NCBI GenBank assembly: GCA_037189525.1
Contig: JBBCJC010000003.1
Coordinates: 657,314 to 721,313 of the forward strand
Direction: 5' to 3'
Source: Gemmatimonadales bacterium
GTDB taxonomy: Bacteria; Gemmatimonadota; Gemmatimonadetes; Gemmatimonadales; GWC2-71-9
Length of the DNA stretch: 64,000 nucleotides
The notes beneath the pieces are model-generated. The model was not told the DNA's origin. It saw only the letters and a list, made by a program, of their open reading frames with translations, and searched no databases. Shown one piece after another: positions 23,673 through 32,425 of this stretch. The stretch's first letter is position 1. Every line of letters begins with the position of its first letter. The position numbers were made by a program, and so were the translations under genes.

Positions 23673-24239
23673 CTAGGGGCTCCCGAACTCCGCCGTGTAC
23701 CGCTGCATGCATTCGAGGATGATCTTCTGTGCCGCGGCGGCATTGTCGAAGCCGCGACTTTCCTGGCGGCGCACACCCTCGCCCTCGAGCTCTTTGTAGA
23801 CGAGAAAGAAGTGCTCGATCTCCCGCAGCGTGTGGGAAGGCAGGTCGCCGAGATCGTGGATTTCCCGGGTCCACGGGTCGGCGAGCGGGACCGCTAAAAT
23901 CTTCTCGTCGTTCTCGCCCTTGTCGACCAGCTTGAACACCCCAACCGGCCGGACCTCGATCAGGCAGCCCGGGAACACCGGTTCGGTCATCGCGACCAGG
24001 ACGTCGAGCGGGTCGTGATCTTCGGCCAGCGTCCGCGGGAGGAACCCGTAGTCGCCGGGGTAGTGCATGGCGCTGTGGAGGACGCGGTCCAGGCGGAAGA
24101 TGCCGAGTTCCTTGTCCAGTTCGTACTTGTTCTGGTCGTTCTTGGGGATCTCGATCAGGGCGTTGACGACTTCCGGCGGGTTCGGGCCGGTCGGAACGTC
24201 ATGCCAGAGATGGACGGGGCTGCGCGGATTGATTGGCAC
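23673..24239 (-). CDS. ppa: inorganic pyrophosphatase (family I)
   Basis: NALIEIPKNDQNKYELDKE, YPGDYGFLPRT, DHDPLDVLV, DEKILAV. GTG 24239 is chosen as the start because the longer ORF (to 24371) runs into the tRNA-Leu promoter region. Confidence 0.9.
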   Translation of the reverse strand: MPINPRSPVHLWHDVPTGPNPPEVVNALIEIPKNDQNKYELDKELGIFRLDRVLHSAMHYPGDYGFLPRTLAEDHDPLDVLVAMTEPVFPGCLIEVRPVGVFKLVDKGENDEKILAVPLADPWTREIHDLGDLPSHTLREIEHFFLVYKELEGEGVRRQESRGFDNAAAAQKIILECMQRYTAEFGSP

Positions 24240-24345
24240 TTGGGCGGCTTCGCAGAACGTGAGCCTCGAATCTAAGCGGGTCGGAGACCGGATTCGAACT
24301 TCCGGCAACGATCCCGACTCCCAATCCGATTGTTCGCGGAATCGC

Positions 24346-24374
24346 TTGCCCGAAGCAGGGGGCCTGGGCATATT
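24346..24374 (+). promoter_or_regulatory. candidate sigma70-type promoter for tRNA-Leu
   Basis: TTGCCC (24346-24351), 17-nt spacer, CATATT (24369-24374). The tRNA begins at 24385. Confidence 0.35.
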
Positions 24375-24384
24375 TGCCGGCCTT

Positions 24385-24467
24385 GCCCGAGTGGCGGAAT
24401 GGCAGACGCAGTGGACTCAAAATCCACCGGGGGCAACCCCGTGCGAGTTCGACTCTCGCCTCGGGCA
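24385..24467 (+). tRNA. tRNA-Leu (anticodon CAA), type II with long variable arm; CCA not encoded
   Basis: Hand-folded cloverleaf. Acceptor GCCCGAG/CTCGGGC. Anticodon stem GTGGA/TCCAC with loop CTCAAAA (CAA at 24418-24420). Variable arm CGGGG-GCAA-CCCCG. T arm GCGAG-TTCGACT-CTCGC. Discriminator A. Confidence 0.9.
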
Positions 24468-24519
24468 CTGCAGGTCTCCAACGGCCTCCCCTCATCTCAG
24501 TCACCGGTGACCCTTCCGC

Positions 24520-26004
24520 ATGTCTTTGACCACCGTCCTTACCGACATCCTTCCCCATGAGTTTCAGGGGCCGCTGCTCGTCGTCCTGACCGGTGAGGGC
24601 GGTGTGCCCGACTCGCTGCGTGCGCTCGATGCCCGGTTGGATGGAGCCTTGGGACGGGTCTATGGCAGCGGGGATTTCTCAGGTAAGAAGGACGAAACCG
24701 TCGCCCTCTATCCCAACGGCGAGCTGGGCAGAGTCCTGTTGGTCGGCGTCGGAAAGACCCCCGGGCGGGCGGCCTGGCGTCGGGGTGCAGCCGTCGGTGC
24801 CAAGCGCGCCCGGGTCCTGGGCGCTGCCACGGCCGGAGTTGCCGTTGCCACCGAGTTCCAGGCCGATCTTTCGACCACGCAGCTCTATCAGGCGTTGGCC
24901 GAGGGGGTGGCGCAAGGGGCCTGGTATTTCCCCGACATGAAGCGGCCACCGGAACAGCCCAAGGCGGCGCTCACCCGGGTCGAACTGCTCGCACCGAAGG
25001 CCGATCGGGAGGCTGCCACCGCCGGGCTGCGCATCGGTGAGGCGGTAGGCGCCGGTCATCAACTGGCCCGGGGCGTTCAGGTCCTGCCGCCCAATGTGCT
25101 GACCCCCGAACGCCTGGCCGAGGAGGCGCGGACGCTGGCCGGTCGTCACGGGTTCGGGGTGACGGTGCTCGATGCCGCGCAGGCCGAAGCCGAAGGGTTG
25201 CGCGCCTTGCTGGCGGTGGGCCAGGGGTCGGCCAACCCGCCCCGATTCATCGTCCTCGAGTATCGGGGGAGCGCCGGGGCGCCTGCCGTGCTGGTGGGCA
25301 AGGGAGTCACCTTCGATACCGGCGGCATCTCCATCAAGCCCGCGCAGAGCATGGAGGACATGAAGTACGACATGTCCGGCGCGGCGGCCGTGCTGGGTGC
25401 CTTCGATGTGCTGGGTCGTCTGAAGCCGCCGTTCAATGTGGTCGGCCTGATTCCCACCGCCGAGAACATGCCGTCGGGAACCGCCTATCGCCCCGCGGAT
25501 GTGGTCACGGCACATTTCGGCAAGACGATCGAGGTCGTCAACACCGATGCCGAAGGACGGTTGCTCCTGGTCGATGCCTTGTCGTATGCGCGGCGATTCC
25601 AGCCGGCCTGGGTCGTCAATATCGCGACGCTGACGGGCGCAATCGGGATTGCGCTGGGTCAGACCGCGGCGGGAGTGATGGGAACCGATGCCGGTCTGGT
25701 CCAGGACGTCCTGGCCGCCGGGCGGGATGCCCATGAACGGGCCTGGGAACTCCCGCTCTGGGACGAATACCGGGACCTGATCAAGTCGGACATTGCCGAC
25801 GTCAAGAATTCCGGCGGGCGGTTGGCGGGCAGCATCACGGCCGGCTGGTTTCTCCGCGAGTTTGTCGACGGGTATCCCTGGGCGCACATCGATATCGCGG
25901 CAACGGCATATACCGATCGCGATGATGCCGCTTTGGTCAAAGGCCCGACGGGTTTCGGGGTACGCCTCTTTACCGAGCTGCTCTTCCGTCGGGCAGGTGC
26001 CTAA
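24520..26004 (+). CDS. pepA: leucyl aminopeptidase (M17 family)
   Basis: VGKGVTFDTGGISIKP, MKYDMSGAA and NTDAEGRLLLVDAL signature. Confidence 0.9.
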   Translation: MSLTTVLTDILPHEFQGPLLVVLTGEGGVPDSLRALDARLDGALGRVYGSGDFSGKKDETVALYPNGELGRVLLVGVGKTPGRAAWRRGAAVGAKRARVLGAATAGVAVATEFQADLSTTQLYQALAEGVAQGAWYFPDMKRPPEQPKAALTRVELLAPKADREAATAGLRIGEAVGAGHQLARGVQVLPPNVLTPERLAEEARTLAGRHGFGVTVLDAAQAEAEGLRALLAVGQGSANPPRFIVLEYRGSAGAPAVLVGKGVTFDTGGISIKPAQSMEDMKYDMSGAAAVLGAFDVLGRLKPPFNVVGLIPTAENMPSGTAYRPADVVTAHFGKTIEVVNTDAEGRLLLVDALSYARRFQPAWVVNIATLTGAIGIALGQTAAGVMGTDAGLVQDVLAAGRDAHERAWELPLWDEYRDLIKSDIADVKNSGGRLAGSITAGWFLREFVDGYPWAHIDIAATAYTDRDDAALVKGPTGFGVRLFTELLFRRAGA

Positions 26005-26006
26005 CG

Positions 26007-26615
26007 GTGTTTCGCCTGCTGGTCGGTGCGCTGCTGCTCGGCCTCGCCGCGGGGTGCGGGTCGGATCCCACCGGCGCCACGGCCGAAGTCGCTTTCGACT
26101 TTGCCTTCGAGGACCCGGTGGGCGATACCACCGCGGCGACCGCCAACCCGAACGAGGTGCCGGCCATCGATCTGGTGGCCGTCTCGGGTCGGGTCGAGGC
26201 TGCGTCGGTTCGCGTGGTGCTCGAGTTTGCCGAGCCGATTTCCCGCTGGAGCGACGGGTTGGCGAACGGGCTCGATGGTTTCATCCATTTCGATGTCGAT
26301 CAGAACGCCGGCACCCCGTCCGGCACCGTGGCGCAGGGCGGGGAGTTCTACATCGATCTGCGGGACAACGGATTCGGTAAGGTCGGCCTGGTGGCCGTGA
26401 CGGCGCGGACCATTACGGTGCTCGACGCGACGTTCGAGGGCAACCGGTTCGAGGTCGTGGTGCCGCGCCGCGCGCTCGAAACCTCGAACGACACGGACAA
26501 CCGGCTCGATCTGCTGGTGCGGGTCGGATCGCGCAATCGCGTTCCGCTGACCGACCGAGGGCCGGATGGAGAGGATCGCTACCGCTTGGTGCCGCCCGGC
26601 GAGGAGACGCCATGA
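26007..26615 (+). CDS. hypothetical lipoprotein
   Basis: GTG 26007 lies 2 nt after the pepA stop. Lipobox LLLGLAAG|C. No family recognised. Confidence 0.6.
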   Translation: MFRLLVGALLLGLAAGCGSDPTGATAEVAFDFAFEDPVGDTTAATANPNEVPAIDLVAVSGRVEAASVRVVLEFAEPISRWSDGLANGLDGFIHFDVDQNAGTPSGTVAQGGEFYIDLRDNGFGKVGLVAVTARTITVLDATFEGNRFEVVVPRRALETSNDTDNRLDLLVRVGSRNRVPLTDRGPDGEDRYRLVPPGEETP

Positions 26616-28459
26616 GGCGCGTGCTGATCGCCCTCGGGATGGCGCTCCTGGCCTCACCGCTCGTTGCGCAGGTGCCGGATTCGCTGCGCGCCGACAGCCT
26701 CGCCGCGGTAGATACCACCGACTATTCCGCACTCTTCCTCCGCAGCCACGAGGAAAGCCGCGAGCGGGTTCCGGTCTATCCGCGGTTGGGCCGGACCGGG
26801 CTGCTTCCGGCGCTGGCTCGGCGCGTGATCGACCGCGACTCGCTCGAGTGGCATGCCGCGCAGACGGTGTCGGATCTGATTGCCAAGGTTCCCGGTGTCT
26901 ATATCGCCCGAGGCGGCTGGGTCGGGCGACCGGAGCCGGTCCACTTTCAAGGGCGCGGCATGGCATCGGCCGAGTACTTGATCGACGGGTTTCCGATGCT
27001 TCCGCTCGGCGCGGACAGCATCAGCGTCGATCCGTCGTTGCTCCCTCTCAGCTTTTTCGACCGGGTCGAAATCGAGCGGTTGCCTGGACAGCTGCGCATC
27101 CATCTGTTCACGCGGCAGCACGACCGCCTGCCGCCGCGTACACGGGTCGGGGTGGCCAGCGGCGATTTCGACATTGCGCGCTATCTGGGCTCGCTGGAGC
27201 GACGGAGCCGGGGCGGATTCGGGTTCGTCGTGGCGGCCGATCATTTGGCCATTCCGCTCCGCACGGGCGACCAAGGGGCCTATAGCAGCACCCAGTTCTG
27301 GCTGCAGATGAGCTATGTGCCGCAGAATGGGCCCTTGAAGGCGATGGCGCAAATCATCCGCGGCGGTTTCGATCGCGGTGTGATTCGGGCGATCGAGCCG
27401 GGTGGCCAGACCTTGGGCGACTCCCTCTCGCTGGGGATCGACGGCGGTCGCACCGATGCGCAGGCCAGTCTGATTTACCAGCCGCGCACCGACGGTCTAG
27501 GACTTCGGGCCGCCTTGCTGGCAGGGTACAGCAGCTGGTCGGAAGATTCGACGGCGCTCTCGCTCGGCACACCCGATGGTCATATCCGCTGGATCGACCA
27601 GGCGCTCTGGCAGTTTGGTGCGCAGCTCGGGGTGCGCAGCCGGACCGCCAGTTTCGATGCAACGGCCTGGCACCGGACCCGCTGGACCCCGATCGATGTC
27701 CGGGCCACGCTCGGCGTCAACCCGGTCGCGCCGGTTACGCTCAGCGCGGAAGGGGTCTATCGGCAGCACGAACAGGATCGAATCAGCCAGTGGGTGACCG
27801 GTCGCGCCGGAATTGCCCTGCCGCTCGGCTTTCGCGCTACGGGCCAGGTGCGCACCGGCAGCGTGGTGGCCTCTCCCACGTTGCTGGACGAGCCGGCGCA
27901 GGACCTGACCGATCTGGGAGGGCTGGTGGCCCTGGGCGGCTCCCGGTTGTGGGCCGAGGTGGGATACTGGCGGACCAGCGGATTTGCCCCGTCGGCGTTC
28001 CCGCTCTATCCGGCGATCGGATCGATTGCGCCGAGTCGGCAGACCAACTGGCTGACGGTGTCGGGGCGGATCGCGCCGTTCCAGTGGTTCAGCATCGACG
28101 GGTGGTACAGTAACCCGATCAATGGCCGTCCCGACGGCCAGCCGCCGACCCACTCGATCGTCAACGCCACCCTGCAGAGCCGCTTTTTGCCGACCTTCCG
28201 GAGCGGCATCTTTGCCCTCAAGCTGCAGGGCAGCATGGAAACCTGGGGGACCGGGACCGCCGGTCGGACGGCCGACGGTGAGCCGATCACCCTCAAGGGC
28301 GCGACCTTCATTCGGGCTCACATCCAGCTCAAGATCGGCGACTTCGTCGCCTACTACGATCGGGCCAACTTCCAGGCCAGTCGGCTTGGCTACGTGCCCG
28401 ATCTCGCCATGCTCCGGCTGGCCAGCACGTTCGGGGTCCGCTGGGAGTTCTCCAACTGA
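26612..28459 (+). CDS. outer-membrane beta-barrel protein with TonB-dependent-receptor plug-like N-terminal domain
   Basis: ATGA overlap with the lipoprotein gene, SD gaggaga. Signal MRRVLIALGMALLASPLVAQ. Plug-like VSDLIAKVPGVYIARGG...EYLIDGFPMLPLG...FDRVEIERLPG. Alternating beta-strand-like C-terminal 450 aa ending FGVRWEFSN. Confidence 0.7.
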   Translation: MRRVLIALGMALLASPLVAQVPDSLRADSLAAVDTTDYSALFLRSHEESRERVPVYPRLGRTGLLPALARRVIDRDSLEWHAAQTVSDLIAKVPGVYIARGGWVGRPEPVHFQGRGMASAEYLIDGFPMLPLGADSISVDPSLLPLSFFDRVEIERLPGQLRIHLFTRQHDRLPPRTRVGVASGDFDIARYLGSLERRSRGGFGFVVAADHLAIPLRTGDQGAYSSTQFWLQMSYVPQNGPLKAMAQIIRGGFDRGVIRAIEPGGQTLGDSLSLGIDGGRTDAQASLIYQPRTDGLGLRAALLAGYSSWSEDSTALSLGTPDGHIRWIDQALWQFGAQLGVRSRTASFDATAWHRTRWTPIDVRATLGVNPVAPVTLSAEGVYRQHEQDRISQWVTGRAGIALPLGFRATGQVRTGSVVASPTLLDEPAQDLTDLGGLVALGGSRLWAEVGYWRTSGFAPSAFPLYPAIGSIAPSRQTNWLTVSGRIAPFQWFSIDGWYSNPINGRPDGQPPTHSIVNATLQSRFLPTFRSGIFALKLQGSMETWGTGTAGRTADGEPITLKGATFIRAHIQLKIGDFVAYYDRANFQASRLGYVPDLAMLRLASTFGVRWEFSN

Positions 28460-28611
28460 TCCTGATCCGCTGCCGCGTTTCGTAACTCCTTGTCACAGGC
28501 GGGGATAGAGGTGTCTGCGGGGCGGGGGTGGCGTCCCGGTCCCGGCCTATCTTCGGCGCCCGTCTTCCGGTAGATTTCGGGGCTAGGCCTGGAATGCACT
28601 CGGGAGGTCCG

Positions 28612-29487
28612 TTGGCGCACAGCATGACCGGTTTCGGTGCCGCAGAGGGGTCCGTCGGCGCCGGGGTGATCCGGATCGAACTCAAGTCGGTCAATCACCG
28701 GTACCTGAGCATGTCCTTCAAGGCGCCGGGCGAGATGATGTCGTTCGAGGCCGAGGTGCGGGAGCGGCTCCGGCGTGACTTCGAACGGGGCCATGTCACG
28801 GTGTCGATCCGCTGGCTCGAGTCCACGTTGGTCGAGCGTGCGCAGGCGGCGGACCCGGAGCGGGTCGCGGCGGCGGTGGCTCGGCTGGCAAGCGTCGCGG
28901 ACGCGGCGGGACGACCGCGCAGCGAGATCACCCTCGATCTGGTGCTGCGTCAGCCCGATCTGTTTGCCGCGGCGGACGACGCGCCGGCCATCGAGTGGGC
29001 CGCCATCGAAGCGGTACTGACCCAGGCCATCGCCGGCCTCCGCGAGACCCGGATCCGCGAAGGGGCGGCCCTGGTGGCCGAGCTCGAGGGTCGGATCGCT
29101 GCGCTGGGTGCGCATGCCGCGGCGATCCGGCAGCGGGCGCCTGAGCGATTGGTGCGCGAGCGGGAGCGGCTGCGAAATGCCGTGCAGACCCTGCTCGACG
29201 GTCGGCCGGTCGATGAGCAGCGCCTCAGTCAGGAGTTGGCTTTCCTGGCCGACCGGCTCGACATCACCGAGGAACTGGTCCGGCTGGAGGCGCATTTCGG
29301 CGCTTGCCGCACCGCGCTCGGCGGTGAGAAGCCGGCCGGCAAGCAGCTCGGGTTTCTGGCCCAGGAAATGGGCCGCGAGGTCAACACCATCGGCTCGAAG
29401 GCCAACGACGCCGCGATACAGCATCTCGCCGTGGAAATGAAAGGGGAGTTGGAGCGATTCCGGGAACAGCTCGAGAACTTAGAGTAA
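28612..29487 (+). CDS. yicC: YicC family stress-induced protein
   Basis: TTG 28612 is preceded by gggagg (28602-28607) and gives (M)AHSMTGFG, the family-typical N-terminus. The C-terminal segment GREVNTIGSKAND is present. The track ORF begins at 28528. Confidence 0.85.
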   Translation: MAHSMTGFGAAEGSVGAGVIRIELKSVNHRYLSMSFKAPGEMMSFEAEVRERLRRDFERGHVTVSIRWLESTLVERAQAADPERVAAAVARLASVADAAGRPRSEITLDLVLRQPDLFAAADDAPAIEWAAIEAVLTQAIAGLRETRIREGAALVAELEGRIAALGAHAAAIRQRAPERLVRERERLRNAVQTLLDGRPVDEQRLSQELAFLADRLDITEELVRLEAHFGACRTALGGEKPAGKQLGFLAQEMGREVNTIGSKANDAAIQHLAVEMKGELERFREQLENLE

Positions 29488-29501
29488 AACGGTTTCTCCT
29501 G

Positions 29502-30110
29502 GTGCTCTCGTCTCCCTCGGGAGGCGGCAAGTCGACGATTGCGCGACACCTCTTGGCCGGTCGGGACGATCTGGTCTACTCGGTGTCCGCGACGACTCGG
29601 CCGATGCGAGAGGGAGAGACCGAGGGCGAGCACTACTACTTCCTTTCGCCCGACGAGTTTGCCCGCCGCGTGGCGGATGACGAGTTTCTCGAGTGGGCGG
29701 AGTACAGCGGGTACCGCTACGGGACGCTTCGGGCGGAAATCGAACGCGGGTTGGCTTCGGATCGGCACGTGGTGCTCGACATCGACGTCCAGGGCGCCGA
29801 ACAGCTCCGGGCCCGGTTTCCCAACGCGGTGCATGTCTTCATCCTGCCGCCGTCGGCAGGTACGCTGGTGCAGCGGCTCCGCAGTCGCAACACGGAGTCC
29901 GACGCAACGGTGCAGCGACGTCTGGCGGCCGCGTCCGAAGAACTGCGGCATGCGGACAAATATGACTTCGTCGTGGTCAACGACGATCTGGTGGAAGCAG
30001 TTGCGCAGGTGGCGGCCATCCTCGATCTCGAGGCCCGTCGCCCCGGCCGTCTGCTGAATCTGACGAGCGTGGTCGAGCAGTTGCGCCAGGATCTGGCGCA
30101 GTCTTTCTAG
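29502..30110 (+). CDS. gmk: guanylate kinase
   Basis: SSPSGGGKST P-loop, YYFLSPDEF, EWAEYSGYRYGT. Confidence 0.9.
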   Translation: MLSSPSGGGKSTIARHLLAGRDDLVYSVSATTRPMREGETEGEHYYFLSPDEFARRVADDEFLEWAEYSGYRYGTLRAEIERGLASDRHVVLDIDVQGAEQLRARFPNAVHVFILPPSAGTLVQRLRSRNTESDATVQRRLAAASEELRHADKYDFVVVNDDLVEAVAQVAAILDLEARRPGRLLNLTSVVEQLRQDLAQSF

Positions 30111-30122
30111 AGGAGTGGCCCA

Positions 30123-30350
30123 ATGGAAATCGTGACCCCGACCGAAGCAGCCAAGCACGCCGGGACCAAGTACCGGAGCATTCTGGTCGCCGCGCGGTTT
30201 GCGCGGATGGTGAACGAGTTGCCGAAAGAGAAGCAGGCGCAACTCGAAACCGTGCATGCGTATAAGAAGCTGACCACGCTGGCGCTGCGGAAGCTGGCTT
30301 CTGGTGAATTGGCGTTCCGTGAGCTTCGCCGCCGCCGGACCGAGGTCTGA
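30123..30350 (+). CDS. rpoZ: DNA-directed RNA polymerase subunit omega
   Basis: 75 aa with SD aggag 8 nt upstream. KYRSILVAARFARMV...KKLTTLALRKLASGEL fits the omega pattern. It sits in the conserved position between gmk and coaBC. Confidence 0.75.
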   Translation: MEIVTPTEAAKHAGTKYRSILVAARFARMVNELPKEKQAQLETVHAYKKLTTLALRKLASGELAFRELRRRRTEV

Positions 30351-30354
30351 CGTG

Positions 30355-31548
30355 ATGTGGGCCGGCCGTCACGTCGTGGTCGGCGTGACGGGTGGCATTG
30401 CATGCTACAAAAGCTGCCATCTCGTCCGCCGCCTCGCCGAATCCGGGGCGCTGGTCGATGTGGTGCTCACGCGGGGTGCGGCCGAGTTCGTTCGGCCGCT
30501 CACCTTCGAAGCCCTCTCCGGGCGCCCGGTGCTCAGTTCGCTCTGGGAACCTGACCGCGCTCTCGCCCATGTCCAACTTGGTCGCGATGCCGACCTGGTC
30601 ATCATTGCCCCGGCCACGGCCCACGTGCTTGCCCGGCTGGCGCATGGTATGGCCGACGACTTCCTGACCGCCCTGGTACTCGCAACGACCAAACCGGTGC
30701 TGCTGGCGCCGGCGATGAACGACGCCATGTATGCGGCCGCGCCCACCCAGGACAATCTCCGTCGCCTGGCCGATCGGGGGATGGCCATCGTCGGACCGGA
30801 GACCGGTCCGCTCGCTGAGGGGCCGGCCGATCGTCCCGGGCGGATGACCGAACCGGACGTGATCGTGCGCCATGCCGAGCGCCTGGTGCGCAAAAGCGCC
30901 GCGTGGTCGTGGCGCCGAGTCGTGGTCACCGCCGGTCCGACCCGGGAAGCGATCGATCCGGTTCGGGTCGTGACCAATCGCTCGAGCGGAAAGATGGGCT
31001 ACCGTGTGGCCGAGGCGGCCTGGCTTCGCGGGGCAGAGGTTACGCTGATTGCGGGGCCGGGCGCCGAGCCCGATCCGGAAGGCGTCACGGTGGAACGAAT
31101 CGAGTCGACGGCGGAGCTCGATGCAGCGGTCCGCCAGCATCTCCCCGCGGCTGACGTCCTCGTGATGGCCGCGGCGCCCGCCGACTACCGACCGACGGCC
31201 CCGACGGACCAGAAGCGTCCCCGCGAGCAGGGAGCCCTGACGCTCGAGTTCGAGCCGACGGCGGACATCCTCCTCGGCACCAAAACGCTGCGGAAGCCGG
31301 GTGCCCTGGTGGTTGGCTTTGCGCTCGAAACCGGTGATGCGGTGGCCAAGGCTGCTGCGAAGCTGGCACGAAAGGGGCTCGATCTGATCGTGGCGAACGA
31401 TGCCCTGGAACCGGGCGCGGGGTTCGAAGTGGACACCAATAGGGTCACCATCGTCGATCGGGATGGCGGCCAGCAGTCGGTGCCGCTTTCGTCCAAGGGT
31501 TTGATTGCCGAAGCGATTCTGGATGCCATCGAGGTGCGCTTTGGATGA
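30355..31548 (+). CDS. coaBC: bifunctional phosphopantothenoylcysteine decarboxylase / phosphopantothenate-cysteine ligase
   Basis: VVVGVTGGIACYKS flavoprotein N-terminus, PAMNDAM, NRSSGKMGY. Start is ATG 30355 or GTG 30352, just after the rpoZ stop. Confidence 0.9.
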   Translation: MWAGRHVVVGVTGGIACYKSCHLVRRLAESGALVDVVLTRGAAEFVRPLTFEALSGRPVLSSLWEPDRALAHVQLGRDADLVIIAPATAHVLARLAHGMADDFLTALVLATTKPVLLAPAMNDAMYAAAPTQDNLRRLADRGMAIVGPETGPLAEGPADRPGRMTEPDVIVRHAERLVRKSAAWSWRRVVVTAGPTREAIDPVRVVTNRSSGKMGYRVAEAAWLRGAEVTLIAGPGAEPDPEGVTVERIESTAELDAAVRQHLPAADVLVMAAAPADYRPTAPTDQKRPREQGALTLEFEPTADILLGTKTLRKPGALVVGFALETGDAVAKAAAKLARKGLDLIVANDALEPGAGFEVDTNRVTIVDRDGGQQSVPLSSKGLIAEAILDAIEVRFG

Positions 31549-32425
31549 ACTGCGTCGCCGGTATCTCCGGCAACAGATCGAACTCGGCGGGCCGGACGTC
31601 GTGGCCAGTGTGCCCGCATCCGAACTCGCAGCTCGGCCGCCGCGCGGGGTGAAGCGCCAGGACGCGCCACCGCCGTCCGCAGGCGAGAGTCGGAAGGCCG
31701 TGCCTGCGCCGCCGGATGCCGGCGCTCAAGCGCCTGACGCTCCGGTAAAGGCCGCTCCACCGTCGGGTGGATCGGGAGGTGCCGCCGGCGCTCGTGACTG
31801 GCGGGTCGGGGCGCCGCCCATTCCAGGGCCTGGGCTCGTGATCGAACCGCCCCTGCTGCAGACGATCCCCGCCGATTGGACCTCGCTCGAGGCGGTGGCC
31901 AAGGTCATTGCCGGTTGCACCAAGTGCGTCCTGTCGCAGACGCGAACCCGGACCGTTCCGGGCGAAGGGAATCCGAACGCGCGGCTCTTGCTGGTCGGCG
32001 AGGGGCCAGGCCAGACGGAGGACGAAACCGGACGGCCTTTTGTCGGCCGTGCCGGAGAGTTGCTCAACGGCATCCTGGCTGCGATCGGTTTTCAGCGCGA
32101 AGAAGTCTTCATTTGCAACGTGGTCAAGTGCCGGCCGCCGCAGAACCGGAAGCCGTTGCCCGATGAAATGTCGGCCTGCTCCTCGTACCTCGATGCCCAG
32201 TTACGGCTCGTGCAGCCGAAGGTTATTCTTGCTCTCGGAAGCACGGCGGCCGAAGCGTTGCTCAAGGTCAAGCGTTCGTTGGGTGATCTGCGCGGTAAAG
32301 TGCACTCGTATCAGGGAACGCCGCTGGTGGTGACGTACCACCCGGCGGCGCTCCTCCGGAACCCGAATTGGAAGAAGCCCACCTGGGATGACGTCCGCAT
32401 CGCCCGACAACTTGTTGACCGTTGA
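31523..32425 (+). CDS. uracil-DNA glycosylase, family 4, with low-complexity N-terminal extension
   Basis: GEGNPNARLLLVGEGPGQTEDETGRPFVGRAGELL, CNVVKCRPPQNR, VVTYHPAALLRNP. The start is ambiguous (TTG 31505, ATG 31523 or TTG 31541) and overlaps the coaBC end. Confidence 0.85.
   Translation: MPSRCALDELRRRYLRQQIELGGPDVVASVPASELAARPPRGVKRQDAPPPSAGESRKAVPAPPDAGAQAPDAPVKAAPPSGGSGGAAGARDWRVGAPPIPGPGLVIEPPLLQTIPADWTSLEAVAKVIAGCTKCVLSQTRTRTVPGEGNPNARLLLVGEGPGQTEDETGRPFVGRAGELLNGILAAIGFQREEVFICNVVKCRPPQNRKPLPDEMSACSSYLDAQLRLVQPKVILALGSTAAEALLKVKRSLGDLRGKVHSYQGTPLVVTYHPAALLRNPNWKKPTWDDVRIARQLVDR

Noticed and set aside
24278-24345. A tRNA-like T-arm signature on the minus strand (revcomp ...gccggaagttcgaatccggtctccgacccgc) next to tRNA-Leu. 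This could be a second tRNA or an att-site tRNA fragment.
   Set aside because: I could not fold a cloverleaf. The T-stem CCGGA/TCCGG encloses an 8-nt loop, G53-C61 pairing fails, no complementary 5' acceptor strand exists upstream, and there is no anticodon arm. The sequence does not match the 3' half of the adjacent tRNA-Leu, so it is not a direct repeat of it. It could be an ancient remnant, but that is unsupported; tRNAscan-SE or ARAGORN would settle it.
24240-24371. An N-terminal extension of the ppa ORF, which would make it 232 aa starting at ATG 24371.
   Set aside because: The extension has no PPase similarity and overlaps the candidate tRNA-Leu promoter. Family-like sequence begins right at the in-frame GTG 24239.
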